Positions 61,301 to 64,000 of a DNA stretch of 64,000 bases are shown here, piece by piece. How positions within the stretch are numbered: position 1 is the stretch's first letter; each line of letters begins with the position of its first letter. The DNA is from an uncultured candidatus Porisulfidus sp. GTDB taxonomy: Bacteria; Pseudomonadota; Gammaproteobacteria; Poriferisulfidales; Oxydemutatoraceae. The position numbers were made by a program, and so were the translations under genes. The notes under the pieces were generated by a model. It did no database searches. It was given only the letters and a program-made list of their open reading frames with translations, and had not been told where the DNA came from. Location of the stretch: contig OZ244052.1 of the NCBI GenBank assembly GCA_965215125.1, positions 1,536,001 to 1,600,000 of the forward strand. Direction: 5' to 3'.

Positions 61301-64000
61301 GATAAATTGTACTGTTTCCGAAATCCCAATCGGTAGTACTCCATTGCCCGTATATACCGCTTGCATCGGTCGGTGATTTAAGGCTTTCGGCAGTTAGTCC
61401 CGCCGTATAAAAGCTGTATCTGGAGAGTCCTATATCATTGAACAAGGAGTCCGGTTTTCTTGCCCAATAGCTTCGGTTCAGGCCGGTAACTATTCTGGCA
61501 TCACCGGGTATATTCCTGCCCACTAATCCGCCCACAAAGTAGTTGATTCTGCTTTCGGAGCCTATCACACAGCCTGTTGTATAGCTATTGGTAATCGAAC
61601 CACCCGCACTCGTTGTGCCGGCTATGCCACCGATGAAATTATCACCCATGACACAACCGCTCGCATAACTGTTGCTAATTCCGAATGAGCTACCTCTTCT
61701 GCCGATGAATGTCCCTACCAATCCGCCTACGCGCATTGCTCCACGAACATTACCGCTCGCATAGCTATTGGTGATGTTGATAAAATTACCACGACCGACT
61801 AACCCGCCTATTCTTTCTTCTTTTCCGGTGGCATTGACTATCGCGTGGCTGTTGGCAATAGTCGTTAGTCGGGCATCACCGACTAACCCGCCTACGTTTC
61901 CATCTCCGACAATAGTGCCGGTGGCATAGCTGTTAGCGATCAAACCTACATCACTACTAGCAGCTAATCCGCCCACATTGAGCTTTCCTCTGATGTTGAT
62001 ATCAAGCAAGCCGAGATTGACTATCTTGGCGTGTCGGAAAGTGCCGCCGCTAGTTTGTTGTCCTGCCTGACCGAATAGCCCCACATTATCCGAAGTATCG
62101 GGGTTAGTTCTGTTAATTTGCAGATTGGAAATCGTATAGCCGTTGCCTTCGAAGGTATTGTGAAAAGACTGATTTATGCCCCCGATCGGCAACCAGCCTT
62201 CATCGCTGTTATCCTCGTAATCGTCAACCGTCCATCGTTTTTTATTGGATATTGAGAAATAGCTCGCGTCACTATCAAAATCCAAATCTCTAGCCAACTC
62301 GTAACCGACACAGCCGGTGTTCGGGCAGCCGTTGGTGATTGTTTTAGCAGTTGTGCTTGCTCTATAGCCTTTTCCGTCCGGTTGATAACGGATTGCATCT
62401 AAATCTTCCAAGTAGTAAATCTCTATGAGTCCGTCGTTGTCTGCGTCTATATCTACTCGGAGCGGTCCTATAGTTTCGTTGGGTACATTCCTAACGATTA
62501 AGGTTTTACTTAAAGTGATGCTATCGGAAGCGTCGGATACGGTTAGCGTGAATGTGAGGCTACGAGTTGACGCAATCTCACCGTCCACAAAGTCTAGAGG
62601 TATAAAAACGCTTATTGAGGGGGTACTTCCATGTAACTGTGAGTAATCCAATGTGGGAGACTGTTCCCACCTAAAGTCATAATTTCCACCGGCGACAACC
62701 AATAGCATGATTTCACTATTCTCATCTACCGTGCCGTCTGCGTTTATGCCGATATTATTTCCGGCTCGGAGTTCAATTTCTTCCCTTATCGCGATAGACC
62801 GCTTCTCAAAGCGCAGATTATAAATAGAATTGCTATCGCTCACCGTAACAGTTATTGCAGTATTTTCCGATAACGAGATTGTGGTTTCGGTACTGCCGAT
62901 TGCCGTGCCTATATCGCCGATTGTGATATTTGCCGTAGAATTGTACGCATTCAGCAGCAGGCTAATGTTCTGCACGCTATCGTCAACCAATACGGTGTAG
63001 TCGGTTTCGTCGGAACTAAAGTACGGTATCCATGCTACACCCTTAATATCTATATCTCTCAAACCGGTGCCCTGATTGGGCAATAACGAACCACATTCGG
63101 GTGGGTCTATATCCTTACGGCGCGGCCGGTTACTACATGTTGACGGGTCTTCATCCACCGTATACTTGAGAACCGGGTATTGATTAGGCGTGCCGAAATT
63201 CCAATCGGCAACATGCCAACCGCTATATATTCCGGTCGCGTCATCGGGGAATTTAAGGTCGGAAGCCGATTGCCCTGCGGTATACGAAAGTGTTGATCTT
63301 CCACTGCCCACTCTGCCTATATCGGAGAGTGAGGAATCATCATTTTGCCAATAACTTGCAGTGATTGTCGGTGCAGGCAAATTACGGGTCGATAGGATTC
63401 CTTCTTGACTATGTCCATTGATAGCGGCTAAACCCCCGAAATCATCATCTTCAGGCTTATCGTTTAGAGTATGGGTAATACGTGTAATAACGGGGTTTGC
63501 ATAACTATTGGTAATCCTATGTCTGTTGGCACCGACCAGCCCACCGCCATCCGCTAAGCTAGAGACTGTACCGCGCGCATAGCTGTTAATAATTTCCCCG
63601 GCACTATTCGCCGGACATCCTATATGGAAACTAAGGCAGTTTTCGCCGACCAACCCACCTACGGTGAATTTTCCGGTGACATTGGCGGCTGCATAACTAT
63701 TAACAATCTTATTGAGATTAGTACCGACCAACCCACCTACTTTATCTCTTCCTTGCCGGTTGTTTGCTTCCAAAGTGCTATCGAAGGTTCCTCCGTTTAC
63801 GCTCCCGGAAACATAGCTGTTTATCACTTTTCCGCCGTTTATGCCCACTAGACCACCTACACCTTTGAGGTAATAGATATCGTTGCGCCGCGCATCGGGC
63901 CTCGCCTGTGGCGAATCGTTTTTCTCAATCCTTAGATTTAATAAACCGATATTTCTAATTACGGCAGTCTGTGTGGTAAAACCGAATAAACCTACCCCTC
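58374..64000 (-). CDS. Giant GLUG-repeat/cadherin-like extracellular protein, 5' end beyond the window, with C-terminal RLFLEGP motif
   Basis: Frame open to the window edge (GVGLFG...GVGGLVGING); many (V/I)GGLVG.N....I.NSYA.G.V.G repeats; modules D.D.D.LIEIYYLEDLDAIRYQ..GC...C.GYEL.RDL.F and DWDFG...YP.L; terminal cadherin-like domain. Confidence 0.88.
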   Translation of the reverse strand, partial: GVGLFGFTTQTAVIRNIGLLNLRIEKNDSPQARPDARRNDIYYLKGVGGLVGINGGKVINSYVSGSVNGGTFDSTLEANNRQGRDKVGGLVGTNLNKIVNSYAAANVTGKFTVGGLVGENCLSFHIGCPANSAGEIINSYARGTVSSLADGGGLVGANRHRITNSYANPVITRITHTLNDKPEDDDFGGLAAINGHSQEGILSTRNLPAPTITASYWQNDDSSLSDIGRVGSGRSTLSYTAGQSASDLKFPDDATGIYSGWHVADWNFGTPNQYPVLKYTVDEDPSTCSNRPRRKDIDPPECGSLLPNQGTGLRDIDIKGVAWIPYFSSDETDYTVLVDDSVQNISLLLNAYNSTANITIGDIGTAIGSTETTISLSENTAITVTVSDSNSIYNLRFEKRSIAIREEIELRAGNNIGINADGTVDENSEIMLLVVAGGNYDFRWEQSPTLDYSQLHGSTPSISVFIPLDFVDGEIASTRSLTFTLTVSDASDSITLSKTLIVRNVPNETIGPLRVDIDADNDGLIEIYYLEDLDAIRYQPDGKGYRASTTAKTITNGCPNTGCVGYELARDLDFDSDASYFSISNKKRWTVDDYEDNSDEGWLPIGGINQSFHNTFEGNGYTISNLQINRTNPDTSDNVGLFGQAGQQTSGGTFRHAKIVNLGLLDINIRGKLNVGGLAASSDVGLIANSYATGTIVGDGNVGGLVGDARLTTIANSHAIVNATGKEERIGGLVGRGNFINITNSYASGNVRGAMRVGGLVGTFIGRRGSSFGISNSYASGCVMGDNFIGGIAGTTSAGGSITNSYTTGCVIGSESRINYFVGGLVGRNIPGDARIVTGLNRSYWARKPDSLFNDIGLSRYSFYTAGLTAESLKSPTDASGIYGQWSTTDWDFGNSTIYPALRHAGPINYENFPFSAVTIFGSATADTCDTDPQTSLPQCGTLLPNQRNSGLSALFLLENGEISNKDLRFRNRSFSSLIYDYIIPDLDSDKFQILPFAVNGDNATITITERGEDINYFSNRSSGDASEEIVLRDTVRILTIEVIDEDISTLYTLIVPGPNLSISETFSIEPANEDGTVNEGSTITLTPVVTGGTEPYDHAWTHSLDDPTSVSELNAPTLSFKIPENFVGTGDNRDITFILRVDDGDGSSTSRSTVLRVNRTDNGPPDIETEISTTTITVRVKTDPDGDGDRDFTYQWQERKLGIDWIDLSDVSTNTFVIPNNTPGSTRYRVLITHTDAQNHTVTTRIGPFRIKADDDGDNLIEIYYLEDLDAIRYQLDGSAYNTSNSLTTKVTFGCIENRCSGYELDRDLNFGEPEHYSDSTNMNTWRTNTGWQPIGGLDGGLSTTFEGNDLTISNLFINSPTSLFVALFNHLTEDGKIQNLGLLDANIQGLAAIGGLVASNAGLILNSYARGSITGLRIPDRISEDNQIGGLVGINLSRGRIINSHAYVAIVGSGDLVRRLRLTVEPYLGGLGGLVGVNQGTINGSYATGDIVGENITDVGGLVGTNRNHIYNSFAAGNVSGILNVGGLVGSNDNPDSGDPTPRISNSFATGNVQGGGDNSQNLGGLIGRHTGLRSAIANTYSSGVVSGHTNLGGLIGTMGNDDILRNSYTTSLVIGTSTTSVLGGLIGNYDSGSATANASYWQNDGSELPDVGRGNITIEDRYKLNGSVGRSATQLKAPTTTTGIYSEWSTEDWDFGTNNEYPILGYGKGFAPTGDPQCDTNPNTELPDCGPILGGQQPTLVALELEESSNSGDVIIYRQIELNRRFDPEVLEYEAEFNVGTIRIRLTPVANNTSHTISYKIGTQNFQELTSSTSFIHTLMSDEDSATIVIKVEPHSRSSMRGTREYTITLNRSKVKSLLVRTRLFLEGPVR

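Overview
A 64-kb window from a Gammaproteobacterium. Housekeeping genes dominate (lptCAB, rnt, pyrC, argG, mlaA, folE, rpsO-pnp, msrB, rplY-pth-ychF, tRNA-Met, proS, dapA-bamC, leuCD, hflXKC-hisZ-purA, metY, fumC, acnA), often as broken operon fragments separated by short repeats, MITEs and an IS1182 remnant. Accessory content: two type II restriction-modification loci (one with a nonsense-interrupted endonuclease), a GT25 glycosyltransferase, a small redox cluster with a CsoR/RcnR-like operator, and two giant extracellular proteins. One is a 4283-aa Ig-like repeat protein with four 2211-bp tandem units; the other is a >1870-aa GLUG/cadherin-like protein running off the right edge. Main observation: the two giants have different bodies but both end in the same short motif, (K/R)(V/L)FLEGP-xx-stop. 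A separately encoded, secreted 276-aa protein just upstream of the first giant looks like the Bacteroidota-type 'KVFLEGPY...DWVLVELR...HRNHL...dockerin-like' C-terminal domain lacking exactly that first strand. This suggests a split-domain, strand-complementation tag/catcher system for assembling or anchoring surface proteins. All family calls come from motif recognition by eye, not database searches.
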